NCBI GenBank assembly: GCA_965219345.1
Contig: OZ244732.1
Location: 640,001 to 704,000 of the forward strand
Source of the DNA: Nitrosopumilus sp.
Lineage (GTDB): Archaea > Thermoproteota > Nitrososphaeria > Nitrososphaerales > Nitrosopumilaceae
Reading direction: 5' to 3'
Length of the DNA: 64,000 bases
The notes below the pieces were generated by a model. It was given only the letters and a program-made list of their open reading frames with translations, was not told where the DNA came from and did no database searches. Positions 18,904-29,236 of the stretch are shown piece by piece. Position 1 is the stretch's first letter. Every line of letters begins with the position of its first letter. The position numbers and the translations under genes are program-made.

Positions 18904-20162
18904 TTTATTTTTTGTTCAATTTGTTTTTTGATAAACTTTGCAATTTTTTGTTTGTTCATCCATTTTGACACAACAACTTTCTCAGTATCTACAATAATTA
19001 CCTGATTGTTTTGAGGATTTTTCTTATATCTTGACGAACCAATGTCGTTTGCCACTATTATATCTGAAGATGATTCTTTTAATTTTTTTTGAGCTGATTT
19101 GATTAATTGATTTTTTGTTAGATTTGTTTCTGCCTTAAAACCTACTAACAATACATTTTTTTGAAATTTTTTGACTTGATCTATAATTTTTGGTGCTTTT
19201 CTGAGGCTGATTTTTATTTCATTTTTTGAACTTTTGATCTTTTTCTTGCTTGGATTTGTTGGGATATAATCTGCAATTGCTGCAGTCATTATTACAATAT
19301 CAAATTTTTTCTTTAATTCTGTTTTAACAGCATTGAGCATTTCTTTACTAGATAAAACATTGACAATCTTTGCACCCTTTGGTGGCTTTTCTTCTCCTGG
19401 ACCATAAACAAGAGTAACTTTGGCTCCTGCAGAAACTAATTCAGATGCTAAACTTACTCCCGTTTTTCCTGTACTTTGGTTTGTAATTACTCGTACAGGA
19501 TCTATATGTTCAATTGTTGGTCCTGCAGTCATTAACACTTTTTTATTTTTTAATACTGACGAGAATCCAAATTTCTTTAAAACATATTCTAAAACGTCTT
19601 CTGGTTCTGAAGCTTTTGCTTTTCCTTCAATCATTTGGGGAGAAATAAACTCAATTTTATTTTTTAGAAACTGTATATTCTTTTTTACAGCTGAATTACC
19701 ATACATCGACTCATGCATAGCCATACACATTAAGATTGGAATCTTTGATCCAAAACCTACAGTAAGTACAGTTGAAATTGGTGTATCATCAATACCACTT
19801 GCTAATTTTCCTAATGTATTTGCAGTCGCAGGATATACTATTATTAGATCTGATTGATTATAATCTGCTAATCTAATATGTTCTAGCTCACCTGTGAGTT
19901 TTGTAATAACCTCATTCCCAGTAGCCCATTTGAAATAATCAGGCTGTATTAGTTTTGTAGCAGCATTACTTGCTACACATGTTACATCTGCCCCATGTCT
20001 CATGAGTAATCTTGCAAGTTCGATTGCTTTGTATGCTGCAACGCTTCCTGCAACACAAAGTACAATTCTTTTTCTAGATAATTCTACACCGTATGAACTA
20101 ACAATATCTAAAGATGGGTGATCTTTTTTCTTTATCTTCTTTTTAGCTACCAATCTGCCCAC
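18900..20162 (-). CDS. coaBC: Phosphopantothenoylcysteine decarboxylase/ligase
   Basis: GSVAAYK, PATANT, TAGPT.E.IDPVR and GFKAE motifs. Confidence 0.95.
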   Translation of the reverse strand: MGRLVAKKKIKKKDHPSLDIVSSYGVELSRKRIVLCVAGSVAAYKAIELARLLMRHGADVTCVASNAATKLIQPDYFKWATGNEVITKLTGELEHIRLADYNQSDLIIVYPATANTLGKLASGIDDTPISTVLTVGFGSKIPILMCMAMHESMYGNSAVKKNIQFLKNKIEFISPQMIEGKAKASEPEDVLEYVLKKFGFSSVLKNKKVLMTAGPTIEHIDPVRVITNQSTGKTGVSLASELVSAGAKVTLVYGPGEEKPPKGAKIVNVLSSKEMLNAVKTELKKKFDIVIMTAAIADYIPTNPSKKKIKSSKNEIKISLRKAPKIIDQVKKFQKNVLLVGFKAETNLTKNQLIKSAQKKLKESSSDIIVANDIGSSRYKKNPQNNQVIIVDTEKVVVSKWMNKQKIAKFIKKQIEQKIK

Positions 20163-20982
20163 GTAATTTTTTTAGCTCTTCTTCATTCATTGAGAACCAG
20201 TGCTCTACTGCAGGAAATGCACCTGATTTCACATCTTTTTTGAAATTTCCAAGTGATTTTACAATGTCTTCAGATAAATTCATGTATCTTTTTGCAAATT
20301 TTGGTTTTATCTTATCATACATTCCTAACAAATCTTGAACAACTAGTACTTGACCATCACAACCTGCTCCTGAACCAATTCCAATTGTAGGTATACTAAC
20401 CGTTTTAGAGATTATCTCTGCAACCTCGTGATTTACCATTTCCAATACGATACTGAACACGCCTGCTTCTTCAAGCTCTTTTGCATCTTCAATTAACTTC
20501 ATTGCAGTATCTTTTGTTTTTCCTTGTATTCTGTATCCCTGTGAAAGCATTGTTGTTTGAGGCTGTAGTCCAATATGACCCATTACTGGAATCCCTACAT
20601 CTACAATGGCACCAATTGTTTCAGCCATTATTGAACCCCCTTCAAGTTTTACAGCATCAGCTCCTGCTTTGATTAGTCTACCAGAATTATTGATAGCGTC
20701 TTCTATACTTGCTTGGTATGACATGAATGGCAAGTCTGATACTAGTAGTGAAGTTTCTCTTGCCCTACTAACTGCTTCTGTAAACATACACATTTGATCC
20801 ATTGTTACGGGAATTGTGTTTTCATAACCAAGCATTACCATACCTGCACTATCCCCAACTAACAAAACATCCATTCCTGCTTTATCACATAGAGAAGCAA
20901 GAGTGTAATCATAACTTGTAATTACTGAAATTTTCTCCTCCTTCTTTTTCATATTTAGAATATCTTGTACTGTTTTATGCAA
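20143..20982 (-). CDS. panB: 3-methyl-2-oxobutanoate hydroxymethyltransferase
   Basis: LVGDS, VKLEGG, GHIGL and CDGQVLV motifs. Confidence 0.95.
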   Translation of the reverse strand: MHKTVQDILNMKKKEEKISVITSYDYTLASLCDKAGMDVLLVGDSAGMVMLGYENTIPVTMDQMCMFTEAVSRARETSLLVSDLPFMSYQASIEDAINNSGRLIKAGADAVKLEGGSIMAETIGAIVDVGIPVMGHIGLQPQTTMLSQGYRIQGKTKDTAMKLIEDAKELEEAGVFSIVLEMVNHEVAEIISKTVSIPTIGIGSGAGCDGQVLVVQDLLGMYDKIKPKFAKRYMNLSEDIVKSLGNFKKDVKSGAFPAVEHWFSMNEEELKKLRGQIGS

Positions 20983-21739
20983 CTCTAGCCCTCCTTGTAA
21001 GATTATTTTTTATTTGAATGACATTTTCTGTGAGATTTTTCTTATTATCGAAATCATTTACAATTTTTTGAAGAATTTTTCTATTCTTTTTAGACAATTT
21101 TTTAGATTCATCAATTAACAAATCAATTGCTCGTGTAACATTATCTACAATTGTAATGGTGGCTGTTTGTGAAGTTCTAGAAAGAGGATTTAGATCAAAT
21201 GTAATAACCGTCTTTCCTGCCTTTCTAAGTGCCATTGTTCTGTCACCATCTTCTAGAGGCACAACTACAACATCAGCCACAAAAATTCCATTTTTATCCA
21301 TAATTCTCCTAGCTGAATCAATACCTGATAATTTTGTAGATGAAGTAGAATTAGTACCTAAAATTTCTCCTGCTCCATTCTTTTTGAGTGTCTTAATAAT
21401 TGCCTGTTGTCTCTTTTTGTTAGCATAGAACAGATTTACCTCAAGTTTTGCTTTGATCTGTTTTGACAGTCTTACGATTTGTTTGGGACATAATGCTGCA
21501 ATATTTCCATTAACTGAAATTACAGGCATATCAGCCAAAAGAAGTTGTGCTGCCGCAGCCTTAATGGCCTGTTTTGCAGCCTTGCCTGTTTTTTCTCCTA
21601 GTAGGTAATCAAAAGCTTCACCCCTACCTTGAGCCAAGAGTCCCTCTTTTGCAACCAATCCACTATCAAATCCATTTACAAGTTTTTCACGAATTAAAAG
21701 TGATTTAGCTCTTGGATGTGATTTGGGAATTAATGGCAT
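20975..21739 (-). CDS. 4-phosphopantoate--beta-alanine ligase (phosphopantothenate synthetase)
   Basis: HPRAKSL, GRGEAFDYL, VPLEDGDR and DLNPLSRT motifs; CoA cluster context. Confidence 0.9.
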   Translation of the reverse strand: MPLIPKSHPRAKSLLIREKLVNGFDSGLVAKEGLLAQGRGEAFDYLLGEKTGKAAKQAIKAAAAQLLLADMPVISVNGNIAALCPKQIVRLSKQIKAKLEVNLFYANKKRQQAIIKTLKKNGAGEILGTNSTSSTKLSGIDSARRIMDKNGIFVADVVVVPLEDGDRTMALRKAGKTVITFDLNPLSRTSQTATITIVDNVTRAIDLLIDESKKLSKKNRKILQKIVNDFDNKKNLTENVIQIKNNLTRRARVA

Positions 21740-21749
21740 GCAATTTCAA

Positions 21750-22661
21750 TTAATTGTAAAGAACTCTTGCTCCATTATCATCTAATTCTGATTTTATTAC
21801 TATTCCATCAGAATATTTTTGTAAAATCTGTAAAACTTTATCTTCCTCTTCTTTTGGAATCATTGAAAAAACTGTCTCTCCAAAAAATGCAATTCCACAT
21901 TTAATATTATTTTTGGATAATTCATTAACTAATTTTTGCATTCTTGGAGTTATAACATCAACAAATTTTGCAAATTCTAATGACATGTCCTGAAAATGTT
22001 CATAATTTTTTGATTCTAATAATCTGTTTACCATTTTTCCACCAAGACCATTAATTTGAGATAAACGTTCTTTGATGAATTTATTTGTAGAAATTGGAGA
22101 GAAACATATCATAATTACAGAGATTTCATCTGTAAGGATTTTTTCAACATAGCCAATTCCTGGCGCACCAGGTTTTACACGAATTTCAAAACCTCCATGA
22201 AATGATGCTAAAACATCTCCTAATCCAGTTTTACAATCAACTTCTGCATTATGTGCAATTTGTCCAATTGTTGTTTTATCTAATTTTGTTTCAAGAGCTT
22301 GATCTAATGCAAATGATAGTGATAATGCAACTGCACTACTAGAACCTAAACCATATCCAACTGGAATTGATATCTCATGTTCAATATCAAAAAACTTGTT
22401 TGAAAATTTTCCAAGCTTTAAGAATTCATTTAAAACAAATTCTGAAACATCTGTTTTATCCGATTGATACCCCTTTGTTGTGATTCTAAAGTTTGATTCT
22501 TGATTATCTTTCGTATCTACTTTTACTCTTGTTGTAACTCCTTGTTTAATTGAGAATCCAGCTCCCGCAGATCCAAAATTTTCTAAAGAATTTTGATTTT
22601 GATCTAAATGAGCTTTGAAAAAACCTGTAATGTGAGCAGGACAAAATGCCGTAGCCTCCAT
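21750..22661 (-). CDS. Pantoate kinase (GHMP family)
   Basis: PAHITGFF, PVGYGLGSS, TGLGDV and PGAPG motifs; CoA cluster context. Confidence 0.9.
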   Translation of the reverse strand: MEATAFCPAHITGFFKAHLDQNQNSLENFGSAGAGFSIKQGVTTRVKVDTKDNQESNFRITTKGYQSDKTDVSEFVLNEFLKLGKFSNKFFDIEHEISIPVGYGLGSSSAVALSLSFALDQALETKLDKTTIGQIAHNAEVDCKTGLGDVLASFHGGFEIRVKPGAPGIGYVEKILTDEISVIMICFSPISTNKFIKERLSQINGLGGKMVNRLLESKNYEHFQDMSLEFAKFVDVITPRMQKLVNELSKNNIKCGIAFFGETVFSMIPKEEEDKVLQILQKYSDGIVIKSELDDNGARVLYN

Positions 22662-22726
22662 TGATCTTAGTTTAAATTTTACACAAAATATAAGAATATG
22701 GCTTAAATTAATTAAATTAGTATAAA

Positions 22727-23707
22727 TTGACTAAATTTGTTCGACGACTACAAAGAATTGGAAGTAGTATTCTTGTTTCACTGCCAAAAGAGTGGGTTGA
22801 TGCAAATAATCTAGATAAAGGTAATCAAGTAGAACTTGAAACTGGACAGGATAGTATTTCAATATCTGCAAACAAAGAGATGCGTCCTACCAAAGAACTT
22901 GTAATTTCATACCCCTTACCTAAAGAAGAAAATATTGTAGCAAACATTACTGGGGCTTATCTTTTAGGATATGATGTCATTCAAATAAATTCAAAATCAA
23001 TCATTCCGGCGGAAGATAGGGAAAAAATTCGTAATTCTATGCGAAGATTAGTCGGGATGGAAATCATTGAAGAAGATGCATCTCATATCAACACACAATT
23101 TCTTTTAGATACAATAACACTTAATCCAGAAAAAATTCTCAAACGAATGAGCTCAATTGCTCTTGGTATGTATGATGACACATCAAATGGATTAATTTCA
23201 GATGACAAGTCTGATTTACAAACATTATCAAAACGTGATATTGAGGTAAATAGACAGTATTTCTTACTTGTCCGCTTAATTCGTAGTATCCTTGTTGATA
23301 AAAGATTAGCTAATGCATTTAATTTAGAAAATATTGATATTATTGATTATAGAGTTGCAGCAAATCTCCTTGAAAATGCGGGTGATTCAATTGTTGAACT
23401 TTCAAGTTTCATTTATAACTCATCTTTATCAAAGGAACATTCAAAAAAAATCTTTGATATAGTCAAGGATTTCAGTAAACTTGCAGAAAAATCTATTAAT
23501 GCATTTACAAAACCTGATAGACTTTTGGCTATTGAAGCAATATCATTACATAAAAAATATGCAGGAAATCTCAGTAAACTGAGGGTTACATCGGATAATA
23601 AAAAACAGATTCCGATAGATTTTCTTGATTTAGTGTATATGTTTGAAAGAATAGCAAAATCTTGGGCTGATGTAGCAGATCTTGTACAGCCTATCTATAA
23701 TGAATAA
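22727..23707 (+). CDS. AbrB-PhoU phosphate uptake regulator
   Basis: RRLQRIGSSILVSLPKEW AbrB domain plus PhoU repeats. Confidence 0.85.
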   Translation: MTKFVRRLQRIGSSILVSLPKEWVDANNLDKGNQVELETGQDSISISANKEMRPTKELVISYPLPKEENIVANITGAYLLGYDVIQINSKSIIPAEDREKIRNSMRRLVGMEIIEEDASHINTQFLLDTITLNPEKILKRMSSIALGMYDDTSNGLISDDKSDLQTLSKRDIEVNRQYFLLVRLIRSILVDKRLANAFNLENIDIIDYRVAANLLENAGDSIVELSSFIYNSSLSKEHSKKIFDIVKDFSKLAEKSINAFTKPDRLLAIEAISLHKKYAGNLSKLRVTSDNKKQIPIDFLDLVYMFERIAKSWADVADLVQPIYNE

Positions 23708-24223
23708 TTAGTATAATTTCTTTTTAGCAGCATAAGTCAAGACCGCACAAATTGTTTTTGAATCTTGAATTTTTCCAGATTTTATCATTCTAAGCAGCTT
23801 TGGTAAATCCATTTTTACTACAGATAATATCTCATCATCATCTAGTTTCAAACCAGCAATTTTCTTCGATCCTGAGGCTACAAAACAGTGAATTATCTCA
23901 GAATTATAGCCAATTGATGGATAGTAGGTGACTAGTGGTGTCATCTTTTTTGCCTTATATCCAGTTTCTTCTTCTAGTTCTCTGAATGCACATTTTATTG
24001 GCTTTTCTCTTTTTTCTAATGTTCCTGCAGGAATCTCCAAAACATATCCATGCGGGAATCTATGTTGTTTAACAAGAATTACTTTATTTTTTTCATCAAA
24101 AGCAAGCATTGCTGCAGCACCTCGATGTTCTATTATTTCACGTTTGACCCTTCTTCCTTCTATTTTTCCATCATAAACACTAAGTCCTAAAATTTTTCCC
24201 TCATAGATTTTCTTTTTCTTCAT
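23708..24223 (-). CDS. NUDIX hydrolase (ADP-ribose pyrophosphatase-like)
   Basis: EIPAG.....E.....A.RELEEETG Nudix box; IQDSKT. Confidence 0.9.
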   Translation of the reverse strand: MKKKKIYEGKILGLSVYDGKIEGRRVKREIIEHRGAAAMLAFDEKNKVILVKQHRFPHGYVLEIPAGTLEKREKPIKCAFRELEEETGYKAKKMTPLVTYYPSIGYNSEIIHCFVASGSKKIAGLKLDDDEILSVVKMDLPKLLRMIKSGKIQDSKTICAVLTYAAKKKLY

Positions 24224-24248
24224 AAAAAATCTTAGAAACTGTTATTAT

Positions 24249-25151
24249 TTAATTTGTTTGATATGTTAGATGTAATCTAGATGATTTTTTAAAATCATTA
24301 ATAGCCTTTTCTAGCCATTTGATATAAAACAAAATTTTTTTTGGAATGAATAAATCTGCTGATTTTACATTTTTGATAGTTCTAACTTTCTGGGTTAATT
24401 CATCCATCTTGAAAATATTATCACTATACATAAACAATACAATTTGATTTTTTGCAATAAAAGGAATTTGTAAATATGATTCAGAAAAAGTATTATTCAT
24501 ATTTTCTAATGTTTCTTTTAGATCCCCTTCTATCCAAGTAAGTATGGCATGAGGAATAAAATTTTCAATTTTTCTAGAATCATAAATTAAGGTAAACTGA
24601 ACTCCATCGTTTTCCTGTAACTTTTCAATACATCTTGTTATTGTTTTTGTTGACAAATTTGTACTTTTAGCAATATTTTCAATTTTCTGTCTAGGATCTG
24701 TTATTAATTTTTCTAGAATTTCTAAATCTGTTTTTGTAAGATTTGAACTAAATCCTGTATTCTCTGCTTCAAAAATTGATAGGACTCTAACATCCTTCAT
24801 TAATTTGCTTGTAAGCTCAATTTTTTGTTTCATATTCTCTTTTATGACAATACTACAAACTGAAATTCCACCTACACATGGTACCACAAAATATGGCTCA
24901 CCTACAAGACCTACTTGGTCTAAAATCTCGTCAATGTTTTCTCCTGATACAACAAAGTACAAAACACCATAACCAAACACAGATGGTTCAACTTTAATGA
25001 AAAATTCTCCAATAACCTCTCTTTCTTCCATTTTTCTAATTCTAGCACGTACTGCTCCACCAGATATTCCCAATTTCATGCCTATTTGTCTGTCAGATTC
25101 TCTACAATTATTCAATAGTCTGCTTAGAATTTTCATATCTAAATTGTCCAT
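24249..25151 (-). CDS. Lrp/AsnC family regulator with two HTH modules
   Basis: MDNLDMKIL..R.S..IG..LGISGGAVRARI and a second LTKTDLEIL..DPR HTH. Confidence 0.85.
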   Translation of the reverse strand: MDNLDMKILSRLLNNCRESDRQIGMKLGISGGAVRARIRKMEEREVIGEFFIKVEPSVFGYGVLYFVVSGENIDEILDQVGLVGEPYFVVPCVGGISVCSIVIKENMKQKIELTSKLMKDVRVLSIFEAENTGFSSNLTKTDLEILEKLITDPRQKIENIAKSTNLSTKTITRCIEKLQENDGVQFTLIYDSRKIENFIPHAILTWIEGDLKETLENMNNTFSESYLQIPFIAKNQIVLFMYSDNIFKMDELTQKVRTIKNVKSADLFIPKKILFYIKWLEKAINDFKKSSRLHLTYQTN

Positions 25152-25267
25152 TTTATCACCTAAAATAGCTCCATAGAATATAGTATTTACTTATTTTATA
25201 TAAAATTGTCTATAATTATAGAATTATACATCAAATACATTAAATATCAGACTATTTTATTACTCCT

Positions 25268-26455
25268 GTGGATTATAGATTAAGATTAGCAAAAAGAATG
25301 CTTTTCAATAAAAAAAGCAGTTTGATTGGTGCAGTCTTAGCTGTAACCATTGGGATTTTGGTAATTCACGTTAATTTTGTAATATTTCAAGGATTGTTTG
25401 ATGCTATAGTTAGAGATATCAGTAATTACCGAAACGGTGATGTTCTTGTAACTGACGATGCTGATTATATCGATAAATCAGATTTATTACTTGTAAACTG
25501 GTTTGAAAGAATTCCATATGTTGAAGCGGCTACTCCGCGGCTTTCATCAACTGCCGAAATGAATATGACAAAAAATGGAAAACGAATTGAAGAAACTAGA
25601 GTCCCAATTGTGGGTGTTGATCCATTTCGTGATATTAGAGCATCAACTGTTCATGAAACTATTTCAGAAGGAAGCTATGTCTTCTCAAGAAATTCTATCG
25701 TGTTAGGATCTAATGTAGCAAATGATCTTGGAGGAGCTCAAGTAGGTGATAGTGTTAAAGTTCTTGTAGTTGATAGATGGGGAGAAGATCAAATTCGAAG
25801 ATTTACCGTTTCTGGAATTGCAAAATCACCTGGTGGTCAAGGATTTGATTATACGGCTGTTGTACATATTGATGCTTTACGTGATATGATGAGTAGATCT
25901 GGAGAAACTGGTTCACTTATGGTAAAACTAAATGATCCTTCTAAAGCATTAGAAGTAAAAGAATTCTTTTTGCGTTCTTTTCCTAACGATGATTTTCTTG
26001 CAGAAACTATAGAAGAATCAGCAGAACAACAACTTGCTGGTTTTAGATCTGGCATTGCAATGATCAATATGATAGGCTACTTTGGAATGATGTCATCAGC
26101 ATTTGCTATTGTTACAATTCAGATGATGTTAGTGAATGGGAAAACTAGAGAAATTGGTGTTATGAGATCAATAGGGGCTAAAAGAAAAGATATTCTAATA
26201 ATTTTCATTTTTCAAGGAATGATTATTGGAGCAATTGGTGCTGGGGTAGGAACTGCTGCTGGATTAGGCTATACGTTTTATGCAAAGGAAACAAAAATGT
26301 CATTCAATAATAGCCTCCCTCTTGAAGTCACCTATAACTGGGAAAAAATTTCACAAACTGCTCTGACTTCATTTTTCTTGGCAATTATTGCTTCACTATA
26401 CCCGTCGTATAGAGCAACCAAGCTGTTACCAGTGGAGGCTATGAGAACTGTCTAG
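25268..26455 (+). CDS. ABC transporter permease (MacB/LolE/FtsX family)
   Basis: KTREIGVMRSIGA; YPSYRATKLLPVEAMR. Confidence 0.9.
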   Translation: MDYRLRLAKRMLFNKKSSLIGAVLAVTIGILVIHVNFVIFQGLFDAIVRDISNYRNGDVLVTDDADYIDKSDLLLVNWFERIPYVEAATPRLSSTAEMNMTKNGKRIEETRVPIVGVDPFRDIRASTVHETISEGSYVFSRNSIVLGSNVANDLGGAQVGDSVKVLVVDRWGEDQIRRFTVSGIAKSPGGQGFDYTAVVHIDALRDMMSRSGETGSLMVKLNDPSKALEVKEFFLRSFPNDDFLAETIEESAEQQLAGFRSGIAMINMIGYFGMMSSAFAIVTIQMMLVNGKTREIGVMRSIGAKRKDILIIFIFQGMIIGAIGAGVGTAAGLGYTFYAKETKMSFNNSLPLEVTYNWEKISQTALTSFFLAIIASLYPSYRATKLLPVEAMRTV

Positions 26456-27152
26456 AGTACTTGAAGTCAACAATCTGACTAAGATTTACGGAGAAGGAGA
26501 ATTCAAAGTAAAGGCTCTTGATAATGTATCATTTTCAATTGAACGGGGAGAAATTGTATTAATTGTTGGAAGTTCTGGTTCCGGCAAATCAACATTACTT
26601 AACATGATTGGATTATTGGATCGTCCAACAAACGGAAAGATCTTCATTGATGGAATTGGTACTACAACACTTGATGACAACAAAATTTCCTCATTTAGAA
26701 ATAGAAAATTGGGATTCATCTTCCAATTTTCTAATTTACTTAGTGATCTTTCAGTATTGGAAAATGTATTGTTACCCATGCAAATTGCTAAAACTATTGA
26801 TACTGCTGAAAAAGATGCTAGAGACTTACTAAAAGCAGTTGGACTTGAAAACCAAATGAATAACCGTGCAAATAAGATTTCAGGTGGACAAGCGCAAAGA
26901 GTAGCAATTGCAAGAGGATTAATCAATAAACCTTCAATTGTTTTAGCGGATGAGCCAACTGGTAACCTTGATTCAGTAACTTCAAAAACAATCGTTCAAT
27001 TAATGAAATCAATGGCAAAAAAACTCAATCAAACATTCATTATAGTTACACACGATGGACAACAATTTGGTGATGTAGATAGAGTAATAACGATAAAAGA
27101 TGGTAAAGCCTTCGAAGATGATCAGTCCTCAGAAATGGAGGTTTTAGCATAA
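26448..27152 (+). CDS. ABC transporter ATP-binding protein (LolD-like), probable CTG start
   Basis: Walker A GSSGSGKS lies upstream of ATG 26604; ISGGQAQR and LADEPTGNLD. The frame opens after TGA 26442-26444. Confidence 0.9.
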   Translation: MSRVLEVNNLTKIYGEGEFKVKALDNVSFSIERGEIVLIVGSSGSGKSTLLNMIGLLDRPTNGKIFIDGIGTTTLDDNKISSFRNRKLGFIFQFSNLLSDLSVLENVLLPMQIAKTIDTAEKDARDLLKAVGLENQMNNRANKISGGQAQRVAIARGLINKPSIVLADEPTGNLDSVTSKTIVQLMKSMAKKLNQTFIIVTHDGQQFGDVDRVITIKDGKAFEDDQSSEMEVLA

Positions 27153-28456
27153 TGAATCTAAAATTCTTGTTGTCATTATTTTTAATTGGACTTGTACCAT
27201 TTGCTTTTGATAATTCATTTGCTCAAATAACATCTGGAGGATTTGGTGAATCTCCTTTTGACAGAGATTTTGGAGATGTTAAATTTTTAAAAGCACACTT
27301 TGGTACACTAAATGAAAAAATCGAAATTGAAGCAGGAGATAGTAATGTTCCATTTACGGTTGTATTTGCAAATGTAGGAACTCAAGATATCACTGGAATC
27401 AAAGGCCAGTTGTCGTTACCACTTGGTTTTTCCTCATCTGCTGGTCCAGGCACAATTCATGCTACCAGTAACTCAAATTCATTAGCAGGAGAAAGTTTTC
27501 ATCTGACTTTTTTTGTAAATATCGATAAAAACGTAAAAATTCAACAGTATCCTGGGACTGTAAAAGTTGATTATTCAAGATTAAGAGAATCTGGAATCCG
27601 AACTTCATTTGAAGATTTTAATTTTCTAGTAACAGGTGATAGTGTAATAAATGTTAGAGCAGTGGAACCATTTCTTACATCTTTGAGATCTAATAATATA
27701 GTAATTGAAATTGCAAATGATGGAACTGCTCCAATTTCTAGTGTAGATATTACTGCAACTAACACACAGACAGAACTTGCATCAACATCATCATCAACTA
27801 CTAATATAGAAAATGTTGTTATTTTAGAATCAAGCTGGGATGTTGGAAACATTGATCCAAAGTCATCTAGATTACTTACTGCAACAGTATATGTTCCTGA
27901 AGGGCTTAAGGGCGATACTCTACGAATTCCTTTATCCATTTCATACTATAATGCACATGGTGATCAACAAACGATTTCAAAGATTGTGGATTTTTACATT
28001 AAAGGGTTGATTGATCTTCGTGTTTTTAATGTAGATGTAATTGAATTATCTGGAATACAAATGGTTATTGGAGAAATCATTAATGAAGGAAATGATGATG
28101 GGCTATTTGGTTTTGTAACTATTGATCCTCGAGGAAATTCTAATATCAAATCAAATACTCAATTTATTGATGAAATTGAGACTGATGCGCCTGTACCATT
28201 TAATTTACCAATAGAATTTGATGGCGAAACAAAATATGGAGAACATGACATTACTATTACTGTAAGATACAAAGATGGTGTTAGAGATGAGATCTTTCTA
28301 ACTCATGATGCAACAATCTTTGTTAAAGAACCATCAAACGGTAATAAAGATAGTCTTGATCCAACAATGATAATTATTCCAATTATTTTAGCTATAGGAG
28401 TAGGAATTTACATTATGCGTAGGCGTAAAAAAGCAGCAATTGAGGCTAGCAATTAA
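27152..28456 (+). CDS. Secreted COG1361/S-layer-domain-like protein with a C-terminal TM
   Basis: Signal peptide, repeated N.G beta domains, TM plus RRRKK tail; co-transcribed with the ABC genes. Confidence 0.7.
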   Translation: MNLKFLLSLFLIGLVPFAFDNSFAQITSGGFGESPFDRDFGDVKFLKAHFGTLNEKIEIEAGDSNVPFTVVFANVGTQDITGIKGQLSLPLGFSSSAGPGTIHATSNSNSLAGESFHLTFFVNIDKNVKIQQYPGTVKVDYSRLRESGIRTSFEDFNFLVTGDSVINVRAVEPFLTSLRSNNIVIEIANDGTAPISSVDITATNTQTELASTSSSTTNIENVVILESSWDVGNIDPKSSRLLTATVYVPEGLKGDTLRIPLSISYYNAHGDQQTISKIVDFYIKGLIDLRVFNVDVIELSGIQMVIGEIINEGNDDGLFGFVTIDPRGNSNIKSNTQFIDEIETDAPVPFNLPIEFDGETKYGEHDITITVRYKDGVRDEIFLTHDATIFVKEPSNGNKDSLDPTMIIIPIILAIGVGIYIMRRRKKAAIEASN

Positions 28457-28494
28457 ATTTCAAATCTAAATCAGGAAAATAAGGTAAATTCAAA

Positions 28495-28827
28495 ATGAGG
28501 TTAACTATTGTTGTTCTAATTTCGGTTTTAGCTGTTGGAAGTATTGTCATTTTTTTAGGTTTTCTTACAAATCAAGAATACATCGAGATCTCTGAAATCT
28601 CTAGTCAATATGAAAATTTAGAGAAATACAAGAATGAATTAGAGAAACTCAATCAATACAATCAACAAATCTTAGAAGATCTGGAAGATCAATTCAAAAA
28701 CTCTGATACTATCAATCTAGATCAACTAAATGAAGAGATCGAAGTAATAAAACAAGTTGTTAATGAAAACAAGGAAGAACTTGAACAGGTAATCAAAAAA
28801 TTGTCCCAAATTGAATCTAAACCCTAA
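28495..28827 (+). CDS. Membrane-anchored coiled-coil hypothetical protein
   Basis: N-terminal TM followed by an E/K/Q/L-rich helix. Confidence 0.65.
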   Translation: MRLTIVVLISVLAVGSIVIFLGFLTNQEYIEISEISSQYENLEKYKNELEKLNQYNQQILEDLEDQFKNSDTINLDQLNEEIEVIKQVVNENKEELEQVIKKLSQIESKP

Positions 28828-28857
28828 GATTATAAGCAATTACTAGATCTTGCGATC

Positions 28858-29232
28858 ATGCCAGGTGATGAAATTGAAGTTCCAAAGGAATTACGAGAAT
28901 TCATGCTAGAGAAAGCAGAAGAAACTTTGCTTGGACAAAAAAATGGCGCACACAAACAATTTCGTTATGGCAATTTACACATTAGAGAATATGATGATAA
29001 ATTTCTAGTTCATACAGACAAAGTTGATCCTAGAGAAAATCCACTTGGACATCTGATTCATGATGCACCTGAAGTTCTAGTTGGTCTTGCATGCGCCGTA
29101 TTAGGTGGTGTAAAGGTAAGCTCAGCTCTAAAGCAAAAAAAATCTCCAGTTGCAGGAATCATAAGTTCTTTAGTTTTAGGTTATGTAGGATATATAATTA
29201 CAAAAAAGCTCAAAGACTTGAAGGTGAAATAA
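28858..29232 (+). CDS. Conserved hypothetical membrane protein
   Basis: LHIREY..VH.D..DP...PLGHL.HDAPE motif plus two TM helices. Confidence 0.7.
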   Translation: MPGDEIEVPKELREFMLEKAEETLLGQKNGAHKQFRYGNLHIREYDDKFLVHTDKVDPRENPLGHLIHDAPEVLVGLACAVLGGVKVSSALKQKKSPVAGIISSLVLGYVGYIITKKLKDLKVK

Positions 29233-29236
29233 TATC

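Noticed and set aside
18900-20162. CoaBC lacking the bacterial ACG clamp cysteine
   Set aside because: As I recall, a shortened clamp is a known feature of archaeal CoaBC; not treated as novel.
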